From Nitrosomonas europaea (lineage in GTDB: Bacteria; Pseudomonadota; Gammaproteobacteria; Burkholderiales; Nitrosomonadaceae): 32,000 nucleotides of DNA. The position numbers and the translations under genes were made by a program. Each line of letters begins with the position of its first letter. The stretch's first letter is position 1. Below the pieces are notes generated by a model. It made no database searches, was not told the origin of the DNA, and worked only from the letters and a program-made list of their open reading frames with translations. Shown here one piece after another: positions 9,492-19,121 of the stretch. The stretch lies in contig NZ_FUWK01000004.1 of NCBI RefSeq assembly GCF_900167395.1, positions 60,001 to 92,000 of the forward strand, read 5' to 3'.

Positions 9492-10790
9492 TTACTGATA
9501 ACGGGATTCAGCTGATCTGGCATGGGCATCCAGACCTTCTCCCTTTGCCAGAATGGATGCCGTTTCACCCAACCTGGATGCTCCGGCTGCTGAGACCTGA
9601 ATCAGGCTGGTACGTTTCTGAAAATCGTAAACTCCCAGTGGTGAGGAAAAGCGTGCCGTACCGGAGGTGGGAAGGACATGATTGGGCCCTGCACAATAGT
9701 CTCCCAGTGCTTCACAAGTATATCGTCCAAGAAAAATTGCGCCGGCATGCCGGATGCTATCCACCCATTGCTCCGGCTCATCAACGGACAGCTCCAGATG
9801 TTCGGGGGCGATCCGGTTGGCAATCATGCAGGCTTCTTCCAGATCACGCACATGAATCAAAGCACCGCGGTTCTCCAGCGAAGAACGAATTACATCTCGG
9901 CGTGGCAATGTATCGATCAGGCGGGAAATACTGTCTGCTACCCGATCCAGGAATGCTTTATCCGGGCAAAGCAGGATCGATTGTGCCTGTTCATCGTGCT
10001 CCGCTTGTGAGAACAGATCCATTGCAATCCAGTCAGGATTGGTTTTTCCATCACAGATCACCAGAATTTCGGATGGCCCTGCCAGCATATCAATTCCGAC
10101 TGTACCAAAGACATGTCGTTTTGCTGCGGCCACATAAGCATTACCAGGTCCGACGATTTTATCCACCTTTGGGACGGTGGTTGTGCCATAAGCCAGCGCG
10201 GCGACTGCCTGTGCACCTCCAATGGTAAAAACACGATCTACTTCACAGATTGCGGCAGCGGCCAGCACCAGTGGATTTTTTTCTCCTTTTGGCGTTGGCG
10301 TTACCATGATCAATTCCCTGACACCCGCTACCCGGGCAGGAATTGCATTCATCAGTACAGATGAAGGATAGGCAGCCTTACCTCCAGGTACATAGAGCCC
10401 GACCCGGTCCAGTGCGGTGATTTTCTGCCCCAGTCGCGTGCCATCCAGCTCAACGTAATCCCATGATTGGGCCAACTGTTTTTCATGATAGGCTCGTATA
10501 CGGGAAGCAGCTTGCTCCAACGCCTCACGTTGTACCTTATCCAACGACATCAAAGCAGATTGCCACTCATCCCGGGGCAGTTCGATTTCTTCGATCCGGT
10601 CAATATCCGGATTATCAAACTGGCGTGTAAGCTCGAGTAACGCTCTGTCCCCATGTGTTCTGATCTGATGCAGGATTTGAGTGACGGTGCGTTCGATCTC
10701 GCTATCGACAGAAACTTCAAAACTCAACAATTGGTCGAGTTCTGCCTGGAAATGGTCATCAACGGATGACAATCGCCTTATTTTGATCAT
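9492..10790 (-). CDS. hisD: Histidinol dehydrogenase
   Basis: 432 aa with HisD motifs ([24 protein letters not shown]). Confidence 0.97.
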   Translation of the reverse strand: MIKIRRLSSVDDHFQAELDQLLSFEVSVDSEIERTVTQILHQIRTHGDRALLELTRQFDNPDIDRIEEIELPRDEWQSALMSLDKVQREALEQAASRIRAYHEKQLAQSWDYVELDGTRLGQKITALDRVGLYVPGGKAAYPSSVLMNAIPARVAGVRELIMVTPTPKGEKNPLVLAAAAICEVDRVFTIGGAQAVAALAYGTTTVPKVDKIVGPGNAYVAAAKRHVFGTVGIDMLAGPSEILVICDGKTNPDWIAMDLFSQAEHDEQAQSILLCPDKAFLDRVADSISRLIDTLPRRDVIRSSLENRGALIHVRDLEEACMIANRIAPEHLELSVDEPEQWVDSIRHAGAIFLGRYTCEALGDYCAGPNHVLPTSGTARFSSPLGVYDFQKRTSLIQVSAAGASRLGETASILAKGEGLDAHARSAESRYQ

Positions 10791-10810
10791 GATGGTTTCC
10801 GGATACTGGG

Positions 10811-11461
10811 TTACAGGTTCTTTGGCACTGCTGCACTGAAAGTCTCTAACAAGGGTTGTATTGCGGTATTTTTCAGCTTTAATGCTGCCTGATTGACAAT
10901 CAGACGAGCTGAAATCGGCATGATTTCTTCGATTGCCTGTAAATGATTGGCTTTGAGCGTACTACCGGTCGAGACCAGGTCCACAATTGCATCTGCCAGA
11001 TCAACCAACGGTGCAAGCTCCATCGAACCATATAATTTGATCAGATCGACATGCATTCCCTTTGCAGCAAAATGGTTACGTGCGGTTTTCACATATTTGG
11101 TAGCGACACGCAAGCGTGCACCACGAAAGACAGCCGAGGCATAATCATAATCGTCGCGTACTGCAACCATCATGCGGCAGCGAGCGATCTTCAGATCAAG
11201 CGGCTGATATAATCCGATCCCGTCATGTTCCAGCAGCACGTCTTTTCCAGCCACACCCAAATCCGCCGCACCATATTGCACATAGGTCGGCACATCCGTG
11301 GCACGCACCATGACAAGCCTGACATCCGGCCGATTGGTTCCGATGATCAGTTTTCGTGAGGTATCCGGATCATCACTGGGAACGATTCCGGCTGCCTTCA
11401 GAAACGGGATGGTATCTTCAAAGATACGCCCTTTGGAAAGGGCAATGGTAATATCCGGCAT
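10811..11461 (-). CDS. hisG: ATP phosphoribosyltransferase, short (HisZ-dependent) form
   Basis: The ~216-aa length fits the short form. The N-terminus is typical HisG (ITIALSKGR), as is STGSTL. I prefer the ATG at 11461 to the TTG one codon upstream at 11464. Confidence 0.94.
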   Translation of the reverse strand: MPDITIALSKGRIFEDTIPFLKAAGIVPSDDPDTSRKLIIGTNRPDVRLVMVRATDVPTYVQYGAADLGVAGKDVLLEHDGIGLYQPLDLKIARCRMMVAVRDDYDYASAVFRGARLRVATKYVKTARNHFAAKGMHVDLIKLYGSMELAPLVDLADAIVDLVSTGSTLKANHLQAIEEIMPISARLIVNQAALKLKNTAIQPLLETFSAAVPKNL

Positions 11462-11470
11462 CAATAATCG

Positions 11471-12109
11471 TCATCCGAGATTTGCTGCAGCAAATTCCCA
11501 GTTGATCAGTTTATCGATAACCGTGTTGACATAATCCGGGCGACGATTCTGGAAATCCAGGTAGTAGGCGTGTTCCCATACGTCGATCGTCAGCAGTGGG
11601 CGAATACCGCGTGTCAGGGGTGAATCGGCATTACTGGTCTTGATGATGGCCAGCTTGGATCCTTCCTGAGCAAGCCAGGCCCAGCCACTACCGAATTGTG
11701 TGATGGCGGCATTGGCAAATTCCTGTTTGAAAGCCTCTACACTGCCGAAAGATTCCTCGATCTTCTGTTTCAATGCTGCAGGCGGCTCTCCTCCTCCTTT
11801 AGGGCTGAGACTGTACCAGTAGAACATGTGATTCCAGATTTGTGCTGCATTGTTGAAAATTCCTGCCTTATCAGCCTGCCCGGCTGTAGCCGTGATGATC
11901 TGTTCCAGTGATTGTCCGGAAAATGGTGTTCCTGCAACGAGTTTATTCAGATTATCCACATAAGCCTTATGATGCTTGCCATAGTGGAAGCTCAGTGTAT
12001 GTGCGGAAATAACAGGTTCCAGCGCATTATCGGCATAAGGCAACGGCGCCAGCACATAGGTATCACCTGATTGTGCAGCTCTTGAAAAATTATCCAGATT
12101 AGTGCTCAT
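11471..12109 (-). CDS. sodB: Fe/Mn-family superoxide dismutase
   Basis: SOD motifs are present ([24 protein letters not shown]). The ATG at 12109 is preceded by a strong SD (AAGGAGAG). The longer ORF-track start at 12154 has no SD. Confidence 0.93.
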   Translation of the reverse strand: MSTNLDNFSRAAQSGDTYVLAPLPYADNALEPVISAHTLSFHYGKHHKAYVDNLNKLVAGTPFSGQSLEQIITATAGQADKAGIFNNAAQIWNHMFYWYSLSPKGGGEPPAALKQKIEESFGSVEAFKQEFANAAITQFGSGWAWLAQEGSKLAIIKTSNADSPLTRGIRPLLTIDVWEHAYYLDFQNRRPDYVNTVIDKLINWEFAAANLG

Positions 12110-12185
12110 TTTCTCTCCTTTATTCCTGAAAACGAATTTGAATAGTGAAAACATAAAGTCGGATGGTATGAGTAAAGAGAATGTT

Positions 12186-12617
12186 TTAGTTATTGTCCGT
12201 CATTTCTGTCGTGAAGGTCACCTGATTGTATCCGGCCAATCTCGCTGCTTCCATGACTGTGATTACCGACTGATGAGTGGCCTTTGCATCAGCACTGATG
12301 ATAATGATCGGGTTTTCCTGGTTTTTGGCTGCTGATTGCAATGCTTCACGCAAATTCTCGATACTGGCAAATTTTATCGGGACAAGATTAATCGTGTAGT
12401 CACCCGTTGCGCTGACCGATACATCAATTACCTTTGAAGTATCCTCTGCATGATCTGTTTCAACCGTAGCAGCTTGTGGCAATGTTATTTCCAGCTCTGA
12501 AAACTTTGAGTAAGTGGTAGTGATTACCAGAAAAATAAGGATGACCAGCAGTACATCAATCATTGGCACGAGATTGATCTCAGGCTCTTCTTTCTTCTGT
12601 CCTCGCTGAAAATTCAT
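12186..12617 (-). CDS. exbD: Biopolymer transport protein, ExbD/TolR family
   Basis: 143 aa with the characteristic N-terminal [19 protein letters not shown] segment and a periplasmic domain. No exbB, tolQ or tonB is adjacent. Confidence 0.85.
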   Translation of the reverse strand: MNFQRGQKKEEPEINLVPMIDVLLVILIFLVITTTYSKFSELEITLPQAATVETDHAEDTSKVIDVSVSATGDYTINLVPIKFASIENLREALQSAAKNQENPIIIISADAKATHQSVITVMEAARLAGYNQVTFTTEMTDNN

Positions 12618-12811
12618 TTGATTTTTGATATTGATCGATAAAAAACAGCGGGTTGCCGTCTACCCTGCGGGATCACAATAACGGATCAGGCGATACCCTC
12701 TCAAAACTTGCGGGCCGGCCAGGTTATTCTAGTTTATTATTACCACTTTCACCATGCCCAAGCATATTTTGAATTGTTTCCGTTATTCATAAAAGTCGCA
12801 AAAGGTTTTAT

Positions 12812-13309
12812 GTGGATCATCCGGTAGTCAGCATCGTAATGGGCAGCAGCAGTGACTGGCAGGTAATGCGACATGCTGCAAGCGTTTTGAAAAACTTCTG
12901 TATTCCGCATGAAACCATGATTATCTCGGCACATCGCACGCCTGACAGGATGTTTGAATATGCCGAAACAGCTCATGACCGTGGAATCAGGTGTATCATC
13001 GCCGGTGCGGGAGGTGCTGCCCATCTCCCCGGCATGATTGCTGCCAAAACCACACTCCCCGTTCTGGGGGTTCCGGTTACATCAAAACATTTACAGGGTG
13101 TGGATTCACTGTTATCCATCGTACAGATGCCCAAGGGTGTGCCAGTTGCCACTTTTGCCATCGGAGAAGCAGGTGCAGCCAACGCCGCACTGTTTGCTGC
13201 TGCCATTCTGGCCGGGGGAGATATCTCACTGGCCGAAAAACTCGATCAATTTCGCAAGGATCAGGCTGCCTCTGTCGCTGCGATGACGCTCCCCGAATCA
13301 TGTACATAA
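12812..13309 (+). CDS. purE: N5-carboxyaminoimidazole ribonucleotide mutase (class I PurE)
   Basis: PurE motifs are present ([30 protein letters not shown]). It has a GTG start and is followed by purK. Confidence 0.95.
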   Translation: MDHPVVSIVMGSSSDWQVMRHAASVLKNFCIPHETMIISAHRTPDRMFEYAETAHDRGIRCIIAGAGGAAHLPGMIAAKTTLPVLGVPVTSKHLQGVDSLLSIVQMPKGVPVATFAIGEAGAANAALFAAAILAGGDISLAEKLDQFRKDQAASVAAMTLPESCT

Positions 13310-14430
13310 AACCGGGCTCCATGCTGGGTCTGCTGGGTGGCGGACAACTGGGAAGAATGTTTGCCATGGCAGCACAGCAAATGGGTTACCGGGTAACCGT
13401 GCTTGATCCGGCTGCAGAAAGCCCTGCGGGAAGTATCGCTGAACGTCATTTGCAGGCGGACTACCTGAACGATCAGGCACTGGATGAATTAGGATCGACC
13501 TGTGCAGCAGTCACTATCGAGTTTGAGAATGTGCCGGCCCAGGCGTTACGCTACCTGGCACGACGCTGTGTAGTCAGCCCTGATGCCGAAAGTGTTTCGA
13601 TCGCACAAAATCGTATTCGCGAGAAGCAGTTTCTTGCTGAAAATGGTTTTCCAGTCGGACCATTCACCGTTGTCCATGACGGACAGGATCTGCCCCGGAT
13701 CGATGTATCCCTGTTCCCCGGGATACTCAAGAGCAGTCAGTCCGGTTACGATGGTAAAGGGCAAATGCGGATCGAACATGCAGATATTCTGTCCGAAGCA
13801 CTTACAGCACTTGGCAACAAACCCTGCGTGCTGGAAAAACGATTATCCCTCGCTCATGAAATCTCCGTCGTTCTGGCTCGCGATAATCTGGATCAGATTA
13901 CCTTCTTTCCTGTTCCCGAGAATCACCATGAGCGGGGTATCCTGGACACGAGCATCATACCGGCTACGTTGTCAGATGAGATCGTTGGAAAAGCACGCGC
14001 GGTTGCCCGACAAGTAGCCACACGACTGAATTATGTCGGCATTCTGTGTGTGGAATTTTTTGTCCTGGGCGATGGCCAGATCCTGGTCAATGAGATTGCA
14101 CCTCGTCCGCATAATAGCGGGCATTATTCACTTAATGCCTGTGTGACTTCCCAATTCGAGCAGCAGGTTCGCATGTTGTGCGGACTGCCTCACGGCAGCA
14201 CCAAACTGGTACAGGAGGCCGCTGTCATGACCAATATACTCGGGGATTTGTGGAAAAATGGTGAGCCTGACTGGAACAGCATACTACAACATCCGCAGAC
14301 CAAACTGCACCTGTATGGTAAACGTGCAGCAAAACCTGGCAGAAAAATGGGGCACTTCACTGTGCTGGCAGATACGGTTGAAGAAGCATTGCAGCAGACT
14401 GCACGGATCAGGCAGGATCTTCAATTCTGA
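13300..14430 (+). CDS. purK: N5-carboxyaminoimidazole ribonucleotide synthase
   Basis: The ATP-grasp PurK N-terminus ([12 protein letters not shown]) begins after the ATG at 13300, which overlaps the purE stop by 10 nt. An alternative ATG lies at 13321. The ORF-track start at 12991 is an out-of-frame run across purE. Confidence 0.93.
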   Translation: MYIKPGSMLGLLGGGQLGRMFAMAAQQMGYRVTVLDPAAESPAGSIAERHLQADYLNDQALDELGSTCAAVTIEFENVPAQALRYLARRCVVSPDAESVSIAQNRIREKQFLAENGFPVGPFTVVHDGQDLPRIDVSLFPGILKSSQSGYDGKGQMRIEHADILSEALTALGNKPCVLEKRLSLAHEISVVLARDNLDQITFFPVPENHHERGILDTSIIPATLSDEIVGKARAVARQVATRLNYVGILCVEFFVLGDGQILVNEIAPRPHNSGHYSLNACVTSQFEQQVRMLCGLPHGSTKLVQEAAVMTNILGDLWKNGEPDWNSILQHPQTKLHLYGKRAAKPGRKMGHFTVLADTVEEALQQTARIRQDLQF

Positions 14431-14459
14431 TCTGGTATATTTCAAAAGCAGATACCATC

Positions 14460-15347
14460 ATGGCAACCGCAGCATTGTTTGAGACCAGTATCACCAGCCT
14501 TCCTTTACTGCATCGCGGCAAGGTACGCGATATATATGCGGTGGATGAAAACCATCTGTTGATCATACAAACAGATCGTGTTTCAGCGTTTGATGTGATA
14601 TTGCCAACCCCGATTCCGGAAAAAGGAAAAATACTGACAAAAATTTCCCGTTTCTGGTTCGATAAATTAGCTCACATCATCCCCAATCACCTCACTGACA
14701 TAACTCCTGAGTCTGTTGTTTCGTCTCGGGAACAGGATCAGGTTTCGGATCGCGCTTTTATCGTCAGAAAATTGAAACCTCTGCCTGTCGAGGCTATTGT
14801 ACGCGGTTATATTTCAGGTTCCGGCTGGAAGGATTATCAGCGCAGCGGCACTATTTGCGGTATTGCCCTGCCAGCAGGGTTACGGGAGGCCGATAAAATT
14901 CCCGATGGTGCAATTTTTACACCCTCAACCAAAGCGGAAGCAGGATCACATGACGAGAACATCTCGTATTCCGTTTGTGAACAACTTCTGGGAGTATCGC
15001 TCGCTGCGGCCGTCAGCAGGCATTCCATTGCACTTTACACGGCTGCAGCCGATTATGCACTGACACGAAGCATCATTATTGCCGATACCAAGTTTGAGTT
15101 CGGCCTGGATGAAGCCAACCAGCTTTATCTGATCGATGAAGCGCTGACTCCTGATTCTTCACGCTTCTGGCCCGCTGAAAGTTACCGGCCTGGTAAAACA
15201 CCACCCAGTTACGACAAACAGTTTATTCGTGACTGGCTGGAACAGATCAACTGGAACAAGACTCCACCTGCTCCCCCTATTCCTGAAGAGGTTCTTGTGC
15301 AAACCATTGAAAAATATCAGGCAGCCTGCCGGGTGCTGACACAATAG
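14460..15347 (+). CDS. purC: Phosphoribosylaminoimidazole-succinocarboxamide synthase (long form)
   Basis: 295 aa with SAICAR synthase motifs (GKVRDIY, TDRVSAFD, DTKFEFG). Confidence 0.95.
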   Translation: MATAALFETSITSLPLLHRGKVRDIYAVDENHLLIIQTDRVSAFDVILPTPIPEKGKILTKISRFWFDKLAHIIPNHLTDITPESVVSSREQDQVSDRAFIVRKLKPLPVEAIVRGYISGSGWKDYQRSGTICGIALPAGLREADKIPDGAIFTPSTKAEAGSHDENISYSVCEQLLGVSLAAAVSRHSIALYTAAADYALTRSIIIADTKFEFGLDEANQLYLIDEALTPDSSRFWPAESYRPGKTPPSYDKQFIRDWLEQINWNKTPPAPPIPEEVLVQTIEKYQAACRVLTQ

Positions 15348-15353
15348 CTTCTG

Positions 15354-16889
15354 TTACAGATCATCCATGCTATCGGCTCGGTACTCGATCTTCTCAATCG
15401 GGAGTGGTCGCCCGACTATGAATCCCTGGGCATAATCAATCCCGATTTTTGCCAGCTTCTCCAGAATGTTCCGTGTTTCAACCAGTTCGCCTATCGTCCT
15501 GATTTTCAGAGCACGGGCGAATTTGCCGATATTTTCAACTTTTTTCAGATCTTCTGCATCACGCAGGATATTGCATATCAGGCTGCCGTCAATCTTCAGA
15601 AAATCAGCCTGGATGTGTTTGAGTAAATCAAATGAGCCACGATCATGATTAAAACTGCATAGTGAAACCAGGCAGCCGGATTGTTGTACTTTTTTTACAA
15701 ATTGCACTGCACTCAACAAATTGGCTGCCACATCTGCTGTTTCGATTTCAAAACATATTCTCTGGGGTTCTATTCCGGCTGCATTCAACAATTTCCAGAC
15801 ACGATCATAAAATACTGGATCGATGAGTGTACTGCGAGCCAGATTTATACAAAATGAAATTCGGGGATCAGCCCTTTGATCGGCGAGATAATGGATCACC
15901 TGTTCGACCACCCAGCTATCCAGACGTGGCATCAGGTTATATTTTTCAACAAACGGAAGGAATGCTCCCGGTGGAATCAGATTGGATTCCTCCTCCGCCA
16001 TACGAATGAGTACTTCATAATAACTTGAAGATTCCTGGTTCGATCCTGCAGGAATTATCTTTTGACAGTACAGATGGAATTCATTCTGCTCAATAGCCTG
16101 AATGATCCGTCTGGAAGAATCTATGGACACTCGTGTCGGCTGCTTAGCAGTATTTTCATTACTGTCTCGTGTAGTTTTACTTTCTTGTGCTTGTTTATGT
16201 TCAGCTGTGGATCGATCTTTCACATTTTGCAGCAGCTCCTCTCCTTTTTTCATCAGCCGGGGTGTGTAAAGAATATAGAAGCCGATTACCTTTCCAGCAG
16301 AGTCGAAATGAGGTGTCAAATGACTTGTAATAAAACATATCGATTGATTTGCAAGTTTCAGGACATGCTGATTCTGTATGGTTTCTCCAGACAATACACG
16401 TTCGACAGCACTACTGATATCAGAAAACAACGATTTATCGAGAAATTCGTTAAAAAGCCGATTTTCTATCTGTTCAGGCCGTAATCCAAACCACTGCCGA
16501 AAAGCGCGGTTATGGTAACGACACTGCCGTTCCGTATTGAAGTAGGCTAGCATCACCGGAAAATTCTCATCCACAATTTGCAGTTTAGCTTTATTTTCTG
16601 AAGAAGTTTTCTCAGCCCAGATCCTGTGTTTGATTTCACTGCTAAGCCGTTCCTTTTGTGCAGCCAATTGAGCAAATTGTTTTGAAAAAGTTTTCTCGGC
16701 ATGAGCAATTTGCGTAATCATGAACAGTATCGACATCAGCAGGGTTACCCATAACCCGGCAACGATATGTGATTCAATAAAAATCAGGGAATTATCCAGA
16801 GCAATCAGCAAACCTATGACAACCATTGCCACAGTCGCCGATAAAAAAGGTTTGAATACATTGATTCTTGGAGTGGTATACATAATCAC
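15354..16889 (-). CDS. Membrane-anchored PAS-EAL protein with no GGDEF domain; the EAL domain is degenerate
   Basis: Two N-terminal hydrophobic segments span aa ~17-60. A PAS-like region covers aa ~105-215. The EAL domain (aa ~262-500) retains EVLIR, N349, EIET, KID, GELVE and QG, but where DDFGTG is expected it reads SLCSFNHDRGSF (nt 15630-15665). Confidence 0.85.
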   Translation of the reverse strand: MIMYTTPRINVFKPFLSATVAMVVIGLLIALDNSLIFIESHIVAGLWVTLLMSILFMITQIAHAEKTFSKQFAQLAAQKERLSSEIKHRIWAEKTSSENKAKLQIVDENFPVMLAYFNTERQCRYHNRAFRQWFGLRPEQIENRLFNEFLDKSLFSDISSAVERVLSGETIQNQHVLKLANQSICFITSHLTPHFDSAGKVIGFYILYTPRLMKKGEELLQNVKDRSTAEHKQAQESKTTRDSNENTAKQPTRVSIDSSRRIIQAIEQNEFHLYCQKIIPAGSNQESSSYYEVLIRMAEEESNLIPPGAFLPFVEKYNLMPRLDSWVVEQVIHYLADQRADPRISFCINLARSTLIDPVFYDRVWKLLNAAGIEPQRICFEIETADVAANLLSAVQFVKKVQQSGCLVSLCSFNHDRGSFDLLKHIQADFLKIDGSLICNILRDAEDLKKVENIGKFARALKIRTIGELVETRNILEKLAKIGIDYAQGFIVGRPLPIEKIEYRADSMDDL

Positions 16890-16942
16890 ACGAAGGGGGA
16901 TCTGTTAAAAACCTCATTCCTGGAAAATAACCTGAAAATAAA

Positions 16943-17974
16943 CTAACTGTAGGTTCCCAGCGGACGTACCGCAGCCCAAAATTTCCAGAGACTGCCAGGC
17001 GTTAGTACAAAATCTTTAGTTGAACTTTCATTGATAATAGTGAGCTTCAGCTGCTGGATCTGCCTCTTTTTCAACGCCTGGAATAATGGATCAAACCAAT
17101 CTCGTTCCATTTTCATCAATTCATTGCGCCAGTTGTATGCATCTCTGTAACAAGCGTATTTCTGTAAATTATCCAGGACGATTAATTGCTCACCCGAATT
17201 CCCGGAATGATTCAATACCTCATCTGCGTTCTCTGGCAGATCATGACACATAACCTTCCCCATTTCTGCCAGTGCATGAACCAGTACATGATTGCCCCAA
17301 ATACCGGTATAGGATGTGCGCACTTCTGAAGGTCTGACACCTCCTCCCCATATCCAGATACTGTTGACCGGCAGCTCACCTTGTATTTCTCTGTTCCGGT
17401 TCAACGGGTGCTCATGAAGAAACATCTGGATTTCATTGATCCTGCTGTTCCAGATTGCACCCTCTTTTCCCCGTGACAGAAGATCATTTATATTTTTACC
17501 AACCACCTGACTCAGAAGGAATGTCTGCAACTCGGGAGTCTCATCACATTTCACATACCAGCGATCAGAATGAAGCGGCAGCAGGGTTACCCCTTCATCT
17601 GAGAAAAACTCATTGATACTATCGGCAAAAGAAGTCGCTTCCTTTAAGGAAATATTCAGAATCTGATTATCCCCAAGAAGTATATGGTTGTTCTCGACTC
17701 TGAGATGAACCGGATCGGCACGTAACCAATAACTTTCTCCTACTTCAATTCTATTTTTTTCACGCTGCAGTAATATCGAAGCTATGGGCCAGTCCTGTTG
17801 TTTGTTCACATTAAAAATTTTACACAACCAGGATTCCAGTACCTCTCCTCCGACTTCAAAACGGTTACTTTTCGCCAGAATGGTTTCCAATGCAGGTAAC
17901 TTCAGGTGTTGATAAATATCTGTTTGCGAACCATCTGGCCAAAATATATCAGGAACAAATAAATGCAGATTCAT
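16943..17974 (-). CDS. Conserved hypothetical protein
   Basis: This 343-aa ORF is co-directional with the PAS-EAL gene and 53 nt upstream of it. I see no catalytic motif. The ...VNSIWIWGGG block and N-terminal MNLHLFVPDIFWP remind me of the uncharacterised betaproteobacterial family sometimes annotated 'regulatory protein, RpfE type'. That is from memory only and unverified. Confidence 0.6.
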   Translation of the reverse strand: MNLHLFVPDIFWPDGSQTDIYQHLKLPALETILAKSNRFEVGGEVLESWLCKIFNVNKQQDWPIASILLQREKNRIEVGESYWLRADPVHLRVENNHILLGDNQILNISLKEATSFADSINEFFSDEGVTLLPLHSDRWYVKCDETPELQTFLLSQVVGKNINDLLSRGKEGAIWNSRINEIQMFLHEHPLNRNREIQGELPVNSIWIWGGGVRPSEVRTSYTGIWGNHVLVHALAEMGKVMCHDLPENADEVLNHSGNSGEQLIVLDNLQKYACYRDAYNWRNELMKMERDWFDPLFQALKKRQIQQLKLTIINESSTKDFVLTPGSLWKFWAAVRPLGTYS

Positions 17975-18092
17975 TTAAAGTTGGCAAAAAAGGTAAAAAA
18001 AAATTCCAGAGTCAATTCTGGTGATCAGGAAATAAGTTTTGCAGTCTGGTCACATGATTACTGCCTTTTACAAATTTACGAGAAACTATGAG

Positions 18093-18120
18093 TTGCAAAT
18101 TTGTCAGAGATAGATATAAT
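18093..18120 (+). promoter_or_regulatory. Candidate sigma70 promoter for bfd-bfr
   Basis: A perfect -10 TATAAT lies at 18115-18120. A -35-like TTGCAA lies at 18093-18098 with a 16-nt spacer. The site is ~105 nt upstream of the bfd ATG. Confidence 0.35.
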
Positions 18121-18123
18121 TTT

Positions 18124-18142
18124 AAGAATCGTTCTCATTATT
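18124..18142. promoter_or_regulatory. Candidate Fur box overlapping the predicted bfd transcription start
   Basis: AAGAATCGTTCTCATTATT matches the 19-bp Fur consensus GATAATGATAATCATTATC at 12/19 positions by hand alignment (right half 7/9). It lies immediately downstream of the TATAAT. Confidence 0.3.
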
Positions 18143-18224
18143 AAATTAAACAGATAGTATGCTTTATATTGAATGTTCAGTATAAAACGCATTCCTGAAA
18201 ACTATTCGACAAAAAATATCTTTC

Positions 18225-18425
18225 ATGTATATTTGCGTGTGTAAGGGTGTGACTGAGCGCGACATTCACCAGGCTGTAAAACAAGGTGCTACAAGAATGC
18301 GTGACTTGAGGAACAATTTGGGCATTACTAGCCAGTGTGGTACTTGTGCTTGTCATGCCAAAATAGCTCTGGATAAGGTATTGAATCAGGAATCTTCTCA
18401 ACAGACCACTACTGGATCTTCCTGA
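18225..18425 (+). CDS. bfd: Bacterioferritin-associated ferredoxin ([2Fe-2S])
   Basis: 66 aa with the MYICVCKGVT ... CGTCAC Cys pattern typical of Bfd. It lies directly upstream of bfr. Confidence 0.9.
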   Translation: MYICVCKGVTERDIHQAVKQGATRMRDLRNNLGITSQCGTCACHAKIALDKVLNQESSQQTTTGSS

Positions 18426-18477
18426 AATCTCACCTGATTTACCACCTGCAAATATTTCTTAAAGGAGAGAAGAAATC

Positions 18478-18942
18478 ATGAAAGGTAATGCGGATATTAT
18501 TCGCTGGCTGAATCGCCAGCTGCAACATGAGTTGACTGCTATCAACCAATATTTTCTTCACGCTCGCATGTATAAAAACTGGGGATTCAACAAACTGGGT
18601 GAACATGAATATCATGAATCCATTGAGGAAATGAAGCATGCGGATCAGTTGATCGAGCGTATTCTTTTTCTTGAAGGATTACCAAATCTGCAGGAACTCG
18701 GCAAATTGCTGATCGGTGAAAATGTGCAGGAATGTGTATCATGTGACTTAGAACTGGAACGCACCTCCAGAGAAACTCTTATCAGTGCAATAGCCTTTTG
18801 TGAAACAGCCCAGGATTTTGTGTCACGTGAAATTTTTAAAGAAATTCTTGAAGATACGGAAGAACATATTGACTGGCTGGAAACACAACTGGATATGGTC
18901 AAGAATATCGGAACTCAGAACTGGCTACAGAGCCAGATTTAA
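18478..18942 (+). CDS. bfr: Bacterioferritin
   Basis: 154 aa with the MKGNADII N-terminus, ferroxidase ligands (E..EYHES, EEMKHAD with the haem Met, EEHIDW) and a strong SD (AAAGGAGAG). Confidence 0.95.
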   Translation: MKGNADIIRWLNRQLQHELTAINQYFLHARMYKNWGFNKLGEHEYHESIEEMKHADQLIERILFLEGLPNLQELGKLLIGENVQECVSCDLELERTSRETLISAIAFCETAQDFVSREIFKEILEDTEEHIDWLETQLDMVKNIGTQNWLQSQI

Positions 18943-19121
18943 TCCTTCGAACGCACAGAACCAAAATAATATTATTACCGTTAGTTGTCGATAGCGGCTT
19001 AGAATTCTAGTATTCTGTATGCTTCTGTTGTCACCCGGAAAGCTGAACGTATTGTAAAATACAGGTATCTCTTGAAGCCTGTCGGGTTAGGATTTAAATC
19101 AGTTGATCCGGCTTAAATACC

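Noticed and set aside
9545-10228. 227-aa plus-strand ORF
   Set aside because: It is antisense to hisD, has Arg/Pro/His-rich composition and is a shadow ORF.
12110-12154. 15-codon N-terminal extension of the sodB ORF
   Set aside because: A strong SD (AAGGAGAG) lies inside the extension, correctly spaced for the ATG at 12109.
12991-13299. N-terminal 103 codons of the 479-aa ORF-track entry that contains purK
   Set aside because: This stretch overlaps purE out of frame and has a Cys/Arg-rich nonsense-like sequence. PurK homology starts only at the ATG at 13300.
17985-18030. A-run followed by ccaga-N6-tctgg, which would be a hairpin plus U-tract on the minus strand
   Set aside because: The stem is only 5 bp, and no minus-strand gene lies upstream for it to terminate. 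I do not consider it a credible terminator call.
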